From positions 1-46,154 of the forward strand of contig SVTZ01000003.1 in NCBI GenBank assembly GCA_015063525.1: a stretch of 46,154 nt of DNA, given 5' to 3'. Both the position numbers and the translations under genes were made by a program. Every line of letters begins with the position of its first letter. Within the stretch, counting starts at the first letter, position 1. The DNA is from Oscillospiraceae bacterium. GTDB taxonomy: Bacteria; Bacillota; Clostridia; Oscillospirales; CAG-272. Below the pieces are notes generated by a model, which saw only the letters and a list, made by a program, of their open reading frames with translations, made no database searches and was not told the origin of the DNA. Positions 1 to 9,477 of the stretch are shown in pieces.

Positions 1-333
1 TTATTTCTCCCCCTCGCTTTCGTTTGTTTTATTCTCACCGCGAAGTTCGGCCTGTTTTTTTGCTTTCGCCCTTTCTTCGGCGGATCTTTCCGCCTGATCC
101 TTTTCGAGGCGCTCAAGGTTTTTTGTCGCGGTAAGGATGAATTTTATCATTGAAAAAAGTCCGATGAAAACACCGATTATAAGAAGCAGTGCCCAGATCC
201 ACCTAGGGGCAGAGGCGTATTCGGTCAGTAAAAAAGCTGTGAGCGCTCCGATGCCGATTGGAAGGGCAAGGGTATAGAAGGCCTGGAAAATAATATTTAG
301 CAGGTAAACCGCACTAACAACCTTTCTGTACAT
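1..333 (-). CDS. Small two-TM membrane protein, AtpZ/AtpI (ATP synthase gene 1)-like
   Basis: Two hydrophobic helices (LALPIGIGALTAFLL; WIWALLLIIGVFIGLFSMIKF), charged tail, GGAGG RBS. The atp genes would lie outside the window, so the family is inferred. Confidence 0.55.
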   Translation of the reverse strand: MYRKVVSAVYLLNIIFQAFYTLALPIGIGALTAFLLTEYASAPRWIWALLLIIGVFIGLFSMIKFILTATKNLERLEKDQAERSAEERAKAKKQAELRGENKTNESEGEK

Positions 334-409
334 ATACCCTCCGTTTATTACTCCGGCCCAAGACTTTTGTTGTAATTAATTTACAAAAATTCCAAAATTC
401 CACAATATT

Positions 410-438
410 ATTTTAGCACGGTTTCCTATAAAAATCAA
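410..438 (-). promoter_or_regulatory. Sigma-A promoter for the AtpZ-like gene
   Basis: Minus strand TTGATT-17 nt-TAAAAT with extended -10 TG. Confidence 0.5.
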
Positions 439-650
439 GCGAAAAGACAAAAGTTAATATATTAACAAAAAAGTTTTAAAGCTTTTTTGCTGTTTTTATA
501 TTTTTAAAGAAAAGATAGACAAAAAAATTTTTGTGTCTTTGTTTATTTTGTACATTGAGCTAACGGTAAATTCAAAATCGCCTCATAAATCAATGAAAAA
601 AAGCCGGGACTACATGAGATGCAGTCCCAACAATAAAATCTAAATTTTGT

Positions 651-977
651 CTAACTCAAGCCTGCCGTCAGTTTTATCAGTAAATCGTTATCATCTGGTT
701 GATTTCCCTCGACGGCTGCCTTGTTACGTACGGTTTTGCCGCATTTATCGCATCGATGAATGATGATAAATCCCTTTTTGGGGTCCGGAAGAGTCTGAAT
801 AGGGCGGAGAATCCCGCCGCAGTCGTTAGCTCTGTCGCCGGGGTTAATATCTACGTGGAGCGAGCAAAGGCAGAATGGACAATGATTCCTAGACGTGTAG
901 CCGAGTGGAAGCACCTTGCGGCCGCAGTTTTTGCAGATAAAGCCCTCGTCGTTCTTCTTGAAACGCTTGTTTTCCAT
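651..977 (-). CDS. RNHCP domain protein (putative Zn-binding)
   Basis: CxxC, RNHCPFCLCSLHVD, PGDR and HRCxxCG motifs. Confidence 0.85.
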   Translation of the reverse strand: MENKRFKKNDEGFICKNCGRKVLPLGYTSRNHCPFCLCSLHVDINPGDRANDCGGILRPIQTLPDPKKGFIIIHRCDKCGKTVRNKAAVEGNQPDDNDLLIKLTAGLS

Positions 978-987
978 TTGCCTCTCC

Positions 988-2379
988 TTATTTGCCTACG
1001 CAGAATTTTGAGAATATATCATTAACGATTTCCTCGCTTACGGCGCGTCCGTCAAGCTCTGAAATTGCGCCGATAGCACGCTCAATATCGCTTGATGACG
1101 CGTCCTGGGAGAAGCCGTGCTCCAGGCTCTCTATTGCCACGGAGATAAAGTCAAGACATCTGTTAAGTGCGGCATACTGTCTTGCGGAGGAGATCACCGC
1201 ATCCGATCCGACAATGATTTTTTCATCGGTGAACAGACGGTTTACAAGCTCTGATAGTCTGATTATAGCGTCAGCTTCTTCATTCTTTGCGGATATTTCT
1301 ATAACTGCATCAAATCCTTGAAGCTGTTTTTTGTCAAATTTTGCATCAAGGTCGGTTTTGTTAAGCAAGGCGATCTTGGCAGCACTTGCCTCGCTCACAG
1401 CCTTAACTATTAGCTCGTCCTCCTCGTCGAAAGGCCTTGAAATATCGAAAATTGCAAACAAAAGCTCACTTTTTTTGATCATTTCGCGGCTTCTTTCTAT
1501 TCCTATGCGCTCGACGCCGTCCATATTTTTTCTCTCTCTTATACCTGCAGTGTCGGCTAGGTTAAGTATAACTCTGCCGAGGGGAATGCTGTGTGTAAGC
1601 ACGTCGCGGGTCGTACCCGGAATGTCGGTAACGATGGCCGCGTCAAAGCCGAGAAGAAGGTTGTAAAGTGAACTTTTACCAACATTTGGCTTGCCGCAGA
1701 TAACTGTGGAAACGCCTTCATTAATAGCCCGTCCGGTGCGGTAGGTAGAGAGAAGCTTTTGGGTTTCTTCCTTTATATTATAAAGCTGATCGAGAATTTC
1801 TCGGTCGGTAAAGTCGCCGAGATCCTCATCGGGATAGTCGATGCGAGCGTAGATAGAGCTCATCAGACTGACAAGCTTTGTGCGTATATTGACGAGAGCC
1901 TCGGTAAGTTTTGCTCTCGCGCTTCCGCCGGAAAGCCTTATCTGCTCGAGGCTTCTTGCCTCAAGCAGATCGGATATAGCCTCCGCCTCGGTAAGGCTGA
2001 GACGTCCGTTGATAAATGCCCGCTTGGTAAACTCGCCTGCCGCAGCAAGGACTGCGCCTGCGCGCAGGAGCGTCTCAAGCACCGTTCTCGTAACCAAAAT
2101 ACCGCCGTGACAGCCGATCTCCACAGTATCCTCTCCCGTGTAGGAATGAGGCGCAGGAAAGCGCGTGGCAAGCACGTCGTCTATTCTCTCGCCATCATCG
2201 ACGATGTGTCCGTAAACCTGTATTCTAGGGTCACAGTCGGAAAACTTCCTGCCCGAGACGGGAAGGAATACTCGATCGGCAATCTCAAAGGCACCATTGC
2301 CCGACATACGGATAATGGCAACCCCACCCTTGCCGGGTGGGGTAGAAACCGCCGCAATTACCTGCGTCAGATTGTTCAT
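988..2379 (-). CDS. mnmE: tRNA modification GTPase MnmE/TrmE
   Basis: GKPNVGKSS P-loop, GTTRD, DTAG, NKTD, C-terminal FCVGK. Confidence 0.97.
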   Translation of the reverse strand: MNNLTQVIAAVSTPPGKGGVAIIRMSGNGAFEIADRVFLPVSGRKFSDCDPRIQVYGHIVDDGERIDDVLATRFPAPHSYTGEDTVEIGCHGGILVTRTVLETLLRAGAVLAAAGEFTKRAFINGRLSLTEAEAISDLLEARSLEQIRLSGGSARAKLTEALVNIRTKLVSLMSSIYARIDYPDEDLGDFTDREILDQLYNIKEETQKLLSTYRTGRAINEGVSTVICGKPNVGKSSLYNLLLGFDAAIVTDIPGTTRDVLTHSIPLGRVILNLADTAGIRERKNMDGVERIGIERSREMIKKSELLFAIFDISRPFDEEDELIVKAVSEASAAKIALLNKTDLDAKFDKKQLQGFDAVIEISAKNEEADAIIRLSELVNRLFTDEKIIVGSDAVISSARQYAALNRCLDFISVAIESLEHGFSQDASSSDIERAIGAISELDGRAVSEEIVNDIFSKFCVGK

Positions 2380-3296
2380 TATGCCTCTTGGGTCTCCTCT
2401 GCCTTAACCTCTTCCGCCTCGTTATCCTCAAAGAGCTCCTTGGGCTTCTTGTCGGTAAGGAAGATTACGATCTTTCTGTTGTTGTCAGAGCCAATAGAGT
2501 TGGTGGAAACACCCTCGATGCCCTGGATTTCGGAGTGGATAATTCTTCTTTCGTAAGCGCTCATAGGCTCAAGCATAACGCTTCTCTTGTTGCGAAGTGC
2601 CTTCTGCGCCATTCTTCTTGCAAGAGCTCTGAGAGTTTCCTCTCTCTTCTTTCTGTAGCCCTCGATGTCAAGGGTAACTCGGCTCTTGTCTCTCTCACCT
2701 TTGCTATTCTTTCTTGCAGATGCAAGGTTAGCAAGATACTGAAGCGCGTCAAGTGTGTCGCCGTGGTGGCCGATAAGCGCAGATGCGTCGTCACCGACGA
2801 TGGTAATTCTTCTGGTACCGTCCTCGCAGGCGTAAAGCTCTGCCTCGGCGTTGAGTCCGATATCGGCGATAACCGTCTTAACGAAGTCGAAGGACATATC
2901 CTCGCCTTCTTCTACGAAGCGGCGCTCCATCTTAAGCTCTGCCTCAGGAATAACCTCGCTCTTGGGAGCAGACTTGGGAGACTCGGCCTTCTTCTCTACG
3001 GGCTTCTTAGCCTTCTGCTTCTGCTGACTCTCGCGTTTTTCGTTTCTCTTGTTCTCGCCACCCTTGTTTTCTTTCTTGGGGCGGTCGCTTCTGTGGCGCT
3101 TCTCGTGGGTGTCGGGAAGCTCGATGAAGGCTCTTACCTTGGCGGGTCTTACGCCGATAATGCCGAAAATACCCTTGCTTCCTGAATCAACTATTTCAAA
3201 CTGTACATCGTCAAGCTCGCCTGCGCCGAGCGCAACTCTGGCGTTTTCCTTAGCGTCAAGGATGTCCTTGCCGACTGCTGTTACTTCTTTAATCAT
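2379..3296 (-). CDS. jag: RNA-binding protein Jag/EloR/KhpB (Jag_N, KH, R3H)
   Basis: GIFGIIG Jag_N, LIGHHGDTLDALQYL KH, ERRIIH R3H. Start moved to ATG 3296 (GAGGA RBS). Confidence 0.93.
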   Translation of the reverse strand: MIKEVTAVGKDILDAKENARVALGAGELDDVQFEIVDSGSKGIFGIIGVRPAKVRAFIELPDTHEKRHRSDRPKKENKGGENKRNEKRESQQKQKAKKPVEKKAESPKSAPKSEVIPEAELKMERRFVEEGEDMSFDFVKTVIADIGLNAEAELYACEDGTRRITIVGDDASALIGHHGDTLDALQYLANLASARKNSKGERDKSRVTLDIEGYRKKREETLRALARRMAQKALRNKRSVMLEPMSAYERRIIHSEIQGIEGVSTNSIGSDNNRKIVIFLTDKKPKELFEDNEAEEVKAEETQEA

Positions 3297-3327
3297 TTTG
3301 TCTTTTTCCTCAATAAATAATGTATAT

Positions 3328-4368
3328 TTAGTCCTTGATTTCGGGGATATCCATATCGCCCGAAGCATTGCTGTTCTTTCCTTCTACCTTGAGCTCTGGA
3401 AGAGAGTCGTAATCCTCATCGTCAATGTAATGAAGAGAACGTACCTTGGGGGCGTTCTTTGCGGCGCTTCTTGCCGCCTTTTCGGCCTCCTTCTGCGCCT
3501 TCTTCATTTCCTTAAGCTCCTCCTCGCTGAACTTGGGAAGAGGCATAGCGCGGGAGATAATGAAGCTCTGAAGAATGCCGAGAGCCGACTGATAGATCCA
3601 GTAAATGCCCATCATTCCGGAGAAGGAGAAGGCCATCCAAAGGGTCATTGCAGGCATCATAATATCCATCATCTTCAAAGATGCATTAGCCTGCGCGTCC
3701 TGAGCCGCCGTAGCCGGGTTGGAGTTCCACTTACGAGTGAGGAACATAGAAAGCCAGGTCAGAGCTGCCGCAATGATAGGAACGAGCACAAGCCAGCTGA
3801 TGGTGGTAAGGCTGGGTGTTGCCGAAAGGTTGGTGCCAAACAGAGAGAAGTCGGGAAGTCTTGACAGGTCAAATTCTGCAAGAGCTGCCTGGCCGTTAGC
3901 TGCGATATAATTGTTGATTTCGCCTACCAGCTTGATCTGGTCGGTCTGGGTAGATCCAATGATAGTCTTGATGCTCTCAACAGCCGAGTCGTCAAGACCG
4001 CAGATGTAGGAAAGAGGTCCTCTGATAACGTTGTAAAGGAAGATGATGATAGGGAACTGAAGAAGCATGGGCAGACAACCCGAGAAGGGGCTGTAGCCCT
4101 CCTTCTGCTGAAGCTCCATGATCTCCTGCTGCTGCTTTTGAAGAGTAGGCTGATCGGTTCTTCCTTTGTATTTTGCTTTGATAAGCTCGATCTTGGGAGC
4201 AAGTCCCGCCATTTTAATCTGATTTTTCTGTTGCTTGATCGAGAAGGGAAGGAACAGAATCTTGAAAAGAAGGGCGTAAAGTAAAAGTCCGAAGACGTAT
4301 TTTCCGCCAAATAGGCTACTGAACCATGATAGCATGGTTCCGAGTAATTCGTAAAGCCAATCTAACAT
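3328..4368 (-). CDS. yidC: Membrane protein insertase YidC
   Basis: GCLPMLLQFPI, GIYWIYQS; canonical rnpA-yidD-yidC-jag order. Confidence 0.93.
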   Translation of the reverse strand: MLDWLYELLGTMLSWFSSLFGGKYVFGLLLYALLFKILFLPFSIKQQKNQIKMAGLAPKIELIKAKYKGRTDQPTLQKQQQEIMELQQKEGYSPFSGCLPMLLQFPIIIFLYNVIRGPLSYICGLDDSAVESIKTIIGSTQTDQIKLVGEINNYIAANGQAALAEFDLSRLPDFSLFGTNLSATPSLTTISWLVLVPIIAAALTWLSMFLTRKWNSNPATAAQDAQANASLKMMDIMMPAMTLWMAFSFSGMMGIYWIYQSALGILQSFIISRAMPLPKFSEEELKEMKKAQKEAEKAARSAAKNAPKVRSLHYIDDEDYDSLPELKVEGKNSNASGDMDIPEIKD

Positions 4369-4371
4369 TTT

Positions 4372-4671
4372 TTAGTTTTCCTTTTCTTTTTCGGTTATGT
4401 CGGTATGAGTATGTTTCTCACATTGGTTTTCCCTGCATTTTGAATAGCTTTTAAATCCTCTGTCCGGAACGGGATCGTAACCGCCTTTTCCAAAGGGGTT
4501 ACAGCGTAAAATCCGCCAGACGGTGAGAATCAAGCCTGCAAAAAAGCCGCGTTTCTGAAATGCCTCTATGGCATAGGCCGAACAGGTCGGTGTGAACCTG
4601 CAGCAGGGCGGTTTTAATGGTGAGATATATTTTCTGTAAAGGCGTACGAGCCATATCATTATATGCTTCAT
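4372..4671 (-). CDS. yidD: Membrane protein insertion efficiency factor YidD
   Basis: [11 protein letters not shown] and [14 protein letters not shown]. Confidence 0.95.
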   Translation of the reverse strand: MKHIMIWLVRLYRKYISPLKPPCCRFTPTCSAYAIEAFQKRGFFAGLILTVWRILRCNPFGKGGYDPVPDRGFKSYSKCRENQCEKHTHTDITEKEKEN

Positions 4672-5063
4672 TTTTTTTCGCCTTGTTCTTCGGTATACAT
4701 ACCGAGCTTTGTAAATGCCTGATCAAGCTGGCGCTTGATCTCTGTGCTTTTGAGCTTTACCGATGCACTGCGCGCTGCAATAACGATAAGAAAGCCAACC
4801 TTGAGAGTCTTTTCTTTCTCAAGTGCTCTGAGTCCTTCGCGCATTATGCGTCGGCAGCGGCTTCTTACTACCGCGCCTCCAAGCTTTGTTGATGTGGTAA
4901 GACCGATGCGGTTTACCACCTTTTTTTCGGGATGTGCTTTCGCGAGCCGCTTTGCGGCATAGTCGGGCAGAATGTAAACTGCGAGAGCCGACGTCACCGC
5001 TCTCTTGCCCTTTGAATACGCCTTGGAATACAGATGATTTTCGCATATTGCTCTGAACTTCAT
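4668..5063 (-). CDS. rnpA: Ribonuclease P protein component
   Basis: [25 protein letters not shown] (RNR-motif variant), located downstream of rpmH. Confidence 0.92.
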   Translation of the reverse strand: MKFRAICENHLYSKAYSKGKRAVTSALAVYILPDYAAKRLAKAHPEKKVVNRIGLTTSTKLGGAVVRSRCRRIMREGLRALEKEKTLKVGFLIVIAARSASVKLKSTEIKRQLDQAFTKLGMYTEEQGEKK

Positions 5064-5101
5064 ATCTGTACCCTCTTTCTTAAAATAGCCTTGTATTATG
5101 C

Positions 5102-5147
5102 AAAATCCTCCGATAAATGTCTAAGAAGCACTTTATCGGAGGATTTT
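5102..5147 (-). terminator. Strong hairpin between rpmH and rnpA (partial terminator or stabiliser)
   Basis: Perfect 16-bp inverted repeat AAAATCCTCCGATAAA/TTTATCGGAGGATTTT. Confidence 0.55.
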
Positions 5148-5190
5148 CTGGCCGTCCGTGACGACCGAGTCGGTAGCAACCGACCTTCAA

Positions 5191-5325
5191 TTAATAGGTG
5201 AGCTTAGCTCTACCCTTGGCGCGTCTTCTCTTAAGAACTTTTCTGCCGTTAGCGGTAGCCATTCTCTTTCTGAAGCCATGTTCCTTTTTTCTCTGTCTCT
5301 TCTTGGGCTGGTATGTTCTCTTCAT
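5191..5325 (-). CDS. rpmH: 50S ribosomal protein L34 (not in the ORF track)
   Basis: Hand translation [54 protein letters not shown]. Confidence 0.98.
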   Translation of the reverse strand: MKRTYQPKKRQRKKEHGFRKRMATANGRKVLKRRRAKGRAKLTY

Positions 5326-5408
5326 GACTCGCACCTCCTTGTAAAATTAGATTAACGTCCGGAGCTTTTATGCTCCATATTTCGCGTGTTCATACGAAAG
5401 CAGAATAC

Positions 5409-5437
5409 ATTATAACGCAATTTAACTTTTTTGTCAA
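5409..5437 (-). promoter_or_regulatory. Sigma-A promoter of rpmH
   Basis: Perfect TTGACA-17 nt-TATAAT on the minus strand. Confidence 0.75.
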
Positions 5438-5529
5438 GGGATTTTTGAAAACTTTTAATATTTTAATGTTATTTATACACTGTTTTTTAAAGTTTTAGGA
5501 AAAATGACAAAGAAGAAATTCTCTTTCTA

Positions 5530-5558
5530 TTGACTTTTTTCCTTGTTTCTGCTAAAAT
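5530..5558 (+). promoter_or_regulatory. Sigma-A promoter of hpt
   Basis: TTGACT-17 nt-TAAAAT with TG extension. Confidence 0.6.
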
Positions 5559-5593
5559 ATACTGTATAAAATTAAAATGGGGAGTGTGTGTTT

Positions 5594-6154
5594 ATGACCA
5601 ATAGAGACATTCAGAAGATTCTCATTTCCGAAGATGAGCTTGACACGGTTGTTACTCGTCTTGCGGCAGAGATCGACCGCGATTATTCGGGCTCTGATAA
5701 AAGACTCGTGCTTCTTTGCATTCTTAAGGGATCTATAGTCTTTATGGGCGATCTTATGAAAAAGATCAACGTTCCTGTGGAGATCGACTGTATGAGAGTT
5801 TCTTCCTACGGCAACGGCACCTCCTCCGGCGGAAGCGTCAATATTATTCTTGACGTTATGCGCTCGGACATAAACACCTGCGATTTCCTCATTGTTGAAG
5901 ATATTATTGACAGCGGCAGAACGCTTGCGTATCTGACAGGTTACCTTATGAACAAGGGAGCAAGGAGTGTAAAAACCTGTACTCTGCTTGACAAGCCCTC
6001 TCGCCGTGCGGTTGATTTTACTCCCGATTATATTGGTATTGAAATTCCCGACGAGTTCGTTGTCGGATACGGCCTTGATTATGCGGAAAGATACCGCGAG
6101 CTTCCTTTTGTTGGAATATTGAAGCCGGAAGTATATAAGGACTCTGATGAGTAA
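5594..6154 (+). CDS. hpt: Hypoxanthine phosphoribosyltransferase
   Basis: ILKGS, LIVEDIIDSGRTL PRPP motif, FVVGYGLDY. ATG 5594 preferred over GTG 5588. Confidence 0.96.
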   Translation: MTNRDIQKILISEDELDTVVTRLAAEIDRDYSGSDKRLVLLCILKGSIVFMGDLMKKINVPVEIDCMRVSSYGNGTSSGGSVNIILDVMRSDINTCDFLIVEDIIDSGRTLAYLTGYLMNKGARSVKTCTLLDKPSRRAVDFTPDYIGIEIPDEFVVGYGLDYAERYRELPFVGILKPEVYKDSDE

Positions 6155-7478
6155 GGTCGGACTTTATACATTAGGCTGCAAGGTTTCGCTTTACGAGACC
6201 GAGGCTGTTGCCGAGTCATTCGCGGATGCAGGCTTTGAGGTCTGCTCATTCGACGAGGTTTGCGATGTGTACGTGATTAATACCTGCACGGTTACCGCAG
6301 AAAGCGATGCAAAGTCGAGAAAGTATATAAGACGCGCTATAAGAAAAAATCCGGAGGCTGTCGTTATCGTCATCGGCTGCTACAGCCAGCGTGAGCCTGA
6401 AGAGGTAGCGAGAATCGAGGGCGTCAGTGCTGTTATCGGCACGGCGGACAAGCTGAAATGTGTTGAAATTGCGGAGAAATTTCTTGATTCGAAATTTGAA
6501 ATTCGAAATTCGAAATTGATTAACGTGGCAAAACTTGATGATGCGAAATTCGAGCCAATGCGCGTAAAGACGGCGCCACGTACACGTGCTTATGTAAAAA
6601 TTGAGGACGGATGCGAGTGCAAATGTAGCTACTGCGCTATTTCGGGTGCTCGCGGACCTGTAAGGTCGAAGAAGCCGGAGGATGTTATTTCCGAGGTTGA
6701 GGGACTTTACAAAAACGGAACGCTCGAGGTCGTGCTTACCGGTATTGAGACCGGATCTTACGGTGCAGATTTTGAGGAAAAATACGACCTTGCCGACCTT
6801 ATCAACGAGCTTGACGTAAGGCATAGCTGCGAGAGAATAAGGCTTGGCTCAATGGCACCCGAGCTACTCTCGGCAAAATTCATAGAAAAAATTGCACCTT
6901 TAAAAATAATGGTGCCTCATTTCCATATATCAATGCAAAGCGGATCGGACAACGTTCTTAGGGCAATGAAGCGGAGATACAACCGTAAGATGGCGTTGGA
7001 TAATATAAGACGCATCCGAGAAATGATGCCAAATGCTATGTTGACTGCCGATCTTATGGTCGGCTTCCCCGGCGAGACCGAGGAGGATTTTCTTGATACG
7101 ATGCGCTTTGTTCGCGAGGCAAGACTTCTTGATGCTCACGTTTTCGCTTACTCAAAGCGAGAGGGAACGCCTGCGGCGAGCTATGAAGATCAGATTCCCG
7201 AGCAGATAAAAAGAGAGCGCAGCGCAAGGCTTATTAAAGAGTGCGAGGCTATGCGCGACGAAATCCTCTCCGAGACCGTCTCCTGCGGCAAGCCGCTTTC
7301 ATGCATATTTGAGAGTAGACAAGGGGAGTATTACACCGCCCATTCGGACTCATATATTGAGGTCAGGGTTAAGAGCGATCTAGACCTTTCAGGTAGATTG
7401 ATTTTTGTCAAGCCGCTTTATACAAATAATGGCGTGATTTACGGCGAAATCATACAAAATGACAACAATAGTTTATAA
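6147..7478 (+). CDS. mtaB: tRNA t6A37 methylthiotransferase MtaB
   Basis: TLGCK, INTCTVT, GCYSQ, radical SAM CECKCSYC, HVFAYSKREGTPAA. Confidence 0.92.
   Translation: MSKVGLYTLGCKVSLYETEAVAESFADAGFEVCSFDEVCDVYVINTCTVTAESDAKSRKYIRRAIRKNPEAVVIVIGCYSQREPEEVARIEGVSAVIGTADKLKCVEIAEKFLDSKFEIRNSKLINVAKLDDAKFEPMRVKTAPRTRAYVKIEDGCECKCSYCAISGARGPVRSKKPEDVISEVEGLYKNGTLEVVLTGIETGSYGADFEEKYDLADLINELDVRHSCERIRLGSMAPELLSAKFIEKIAPLKIMVPHFHISMQSGSDNVLRAMKRRYNRKMALDNIRRIREMMPNAMLTADLMVGFPGETEEDFLDTMRFVREARLLDAHVFAYSKREGTPAASYEDQIPEQIKRERSARLIKECEAMRDEILSETVSCGKPLSCIFESRQGEYYTAHSDSYIEVRVKSDLDLSGRLIFVKPLYTNNGVIYGEIIQNDNNSL
6487..6514 (+). repeat. Four tandem heptamers ATT(C/T)GAA inside mtaB
   Basis: attcgaa atttgaa attcgaa attcgaa. 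Confidence 0.75.
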
Positions 7479-7504
7479 TTTTTCACATCATAGAGGTATA
7501 AATA

Positions 7505-8896
7505 ATGGAAAACAGCAAAAAGACAATGGACAAAATTGTGGCTCTCTGCAAGAACAGAGGCTTTATCTTCCCCGGCAGTGAGATCTACGGCGGTCTTGCA
7601 AACTCCTGGGACTACGGTCCTCTCGGCGTTGAGTTCAAGAACAACGTAAAGCGTGCTTGGTGGAAGAAGTTCGTTCAGGAATCCCGCTACAACGTGGGTC
7701 TTGACGCAGCTATAATTATGAACCCCGAGACCTGGGTTGCTTCCGGTCACGTCGGCGGATTCTCCGACCCTCTTATGGACTGCAAGGGTTGTAAGGCTCG
7801 TCATAGAGCCGACAAGCTTATCGAGGACTATGCCTTCCAGAACGGCCTTAACGACAACCCCGCATCATGGTCATTTGAGCAGATGGCAGAGTACATTAAA
7901 GATAAGGGCATCGTTTGCCCCATTTGCGGCGGCAAGGATTTCGCCGACATCAAGAAGTTTAACCTTATGTTCAAGACCTTTATCGGTGTAACCGAGGAGT
8001 CCTCAAGCACGGTTTACCTTCGTCCCGAGACCGCTCAGGGTATTTTCGTTAACTTCCCCGCAGTACAGCGTTCCGCAAGAAAGAAGCTTCCCTTCGGTAT
8101 CTGCCAGATCGGTAAGTCCTTCCGTAACGAGATCACTCCCGGTAACTTCGTTTTCAGAACGCGTGAGTTCGAGCAGATGGAGCTTGAGTTCTTCTGCAAG
8201 CCCGGCACCGACCTTGAGTGGTTTGCATATTGGAAGAATTTCTGCCACCAGTGGCTTCTTAACCTTGGTATGAAGGACGAAAACCTTCGCCTTCGCGACC
8301 ACGATCCCGAGGAGCTTTGCTTCTACTCCAAGGCGACCACCGACTTTGAGTTCCTCTTCCCCTTCGGCTGGGGCGAGCTTTGGGGCATTGCTGACAGAAC
8401 AGATTACGACCTTACCCAGCACGGTAACCACTCCGGCAAGGATCTGACCTTCTTCGATCAGGAGACAGGCGAGCACTACGTTCCTTATGTTGTCGAGCCC
8501 TCGCTCGGCGCGGACAGAGTTGCTCTTGCATTCCTTGTTGACGCTTACGATGAGGAGGAGATCGCCGAGGGAGACGTTCGTACTGTTCTTCACCTTCATC
8601 CCGCCCTTGCACCCGTTAAGTGCGCGGTGCTTCCTCTCTCAAAGAAGCTTTCTGAAAAGGCTCTCGAGCTTTATGACGAGCTTGCGAAGGAGTTTAACAT
8701 TGAGTTCGACGAGACCGGCTCTATCGGTAAGAGATATCGCCGTCAGGACGAGATCGGTACTCCCTTCTGCATCACCTACGACTTCGATACCGAGAACGAC
8801 GGCTGCGTAACTGTTCGTGACAGAGATTCTATGGAGCAGGTGAGAATTCCTCTTGCGGAAGTGAAGAATTATATTGCTGAACGCATTAAGTTCTAA
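7505..8896 (+). CDS. glyQS: Glycine--tRNA ligase, dimeric alpha2 type
   Basis: [36 protein letters not shown]. Confidence 0.96.
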   Translation: MENSKKTMDKIVALCKNRGFIFPGSEIYGGLANSWDYGPLGVEFKNNVKRAWWKKFVQESRYNVGLDAAIIMNPETWVASGHVGGFSDPLMDCKGCKARHRADKLIEDYAFQNGLNDNPASWSFEQMAEYIKDKGIVCPICGGKDFADIKKFNLMFKTFIGVTEESSSTVYLRPETAQGIFVNFPAVQRSARKKLPFGICQIGKSFRNEITPGNFVFRTREFEQMELEFFCKPGTDLEWFAYWKNFCHQWLLNLGMKDENLRLRDHDPEELCFYSKATTDFEFLFPFGWGELWGIADRTDYDLTQHGNHSGKDLTFFDQETGEHYVPYVVEPSLGADRVALAFLVDAYDEEEIAEGDVRTVLHLHPALAPVKCAVLPLSKKLSEKALELYDELAKEFNIEFDETGSIGKRYRRQDEIGTPFCITYDFDTENDGCVTVRDRDSMEQVRIPLAEVKNYIAERIKF

Positions 8897-8927
8897 TTAC
8901 TCACCGTAGACAAATTAAACATAAAAT

Positions 8928-8951
8928 CGGACGAGCGATGCTCGCCCCTAC
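8928..8951 (-). repeat. GTAG-type REP-like palindrome, copy 1
   Basis: Minus strand GTAGGGGCGAGCATCGCTCGTCCG; 23/24 identical to 45977-46000. Confidence 0.75.
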
Positions 8952-9003
8952 AAAAATAAAAGGGCGTTTCCATTTGGTAACGCCCTAATTTAAAGGAAAA
9001 GCT

Positions 9004-9477
9004 ATGGAAAAAATACAGAAAATAGCCTCTTTTACAGTCGATCACGACCTGCTGAGCGAGGGCATTTACGTCTCTCGCATTGACGGCGACGTAACCACCT
9101 ACGACCTTCGTACCCGCGTGCCTAACGCGGGTGATTATATGGATAATCTGACTATGCACTCGGTGGAGCATATGTTTGCCACCTATGTCAGGGCGAGCGA
9201 GATCGGCGAGCGTGTGGTTTACTTCGGACCTATGGGCTGTCAGACCGGATTTTATCTTTTGGTGCGTAACGCCGTTAACGAAGAGGTCCTTGAGGTCGTA
9301 AAGAGGGTTCTTTCAAAAATTATTAATCATTCGGGTGAAATGTTTGGCGCGGTGAGGAAGGAATGCGGAAATTACAGAAATCTCGATCTTTCCTCGGCAA
9401 AGCGTGAGTGCGAAAGATACCTGAATATCCTTGAAAGCAAGGAAAATGATTTCCTCTACAAAGGAGAAAAAATATGA
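9004..9477 (+). CDS. luxS: S-ribosylhomocysteine lyase
   Basis: SFTVDH, HSVEH, GPMGCQTGFY, ECGNY. Confidence 0.95.
   Translation: MEKIQKIASFTVDHDLLSEGIYVSRIDGDVTTYDLRTRVPNAGDYMDNLTMHSVEHMFATYVRASEIGERVVYFGPMGCQTGFYLLVRNAVNEEVLEVVKRVLSKIINHSGEMFGAVRKECGNYRNLDLSSAKRECERYLNILESKENDFLYKGEKI

Noticed and set aside
1759-3864. Long + strand ORFs (265, 265 and 271 aa) opposite mnmE, jag and yidC
   Set aside because: Antisense shadows of well-supported genes, with no recognisable motifs.
5158-5355. 65-aa + strand ORF
   Set aside because: Antisense to rpmH, which is the real gene.
5461-5490. Possible oriC next to rpmH
   Set aside because: Only one degenerate DnaA-box-like 9-mer and no dnaA gene.
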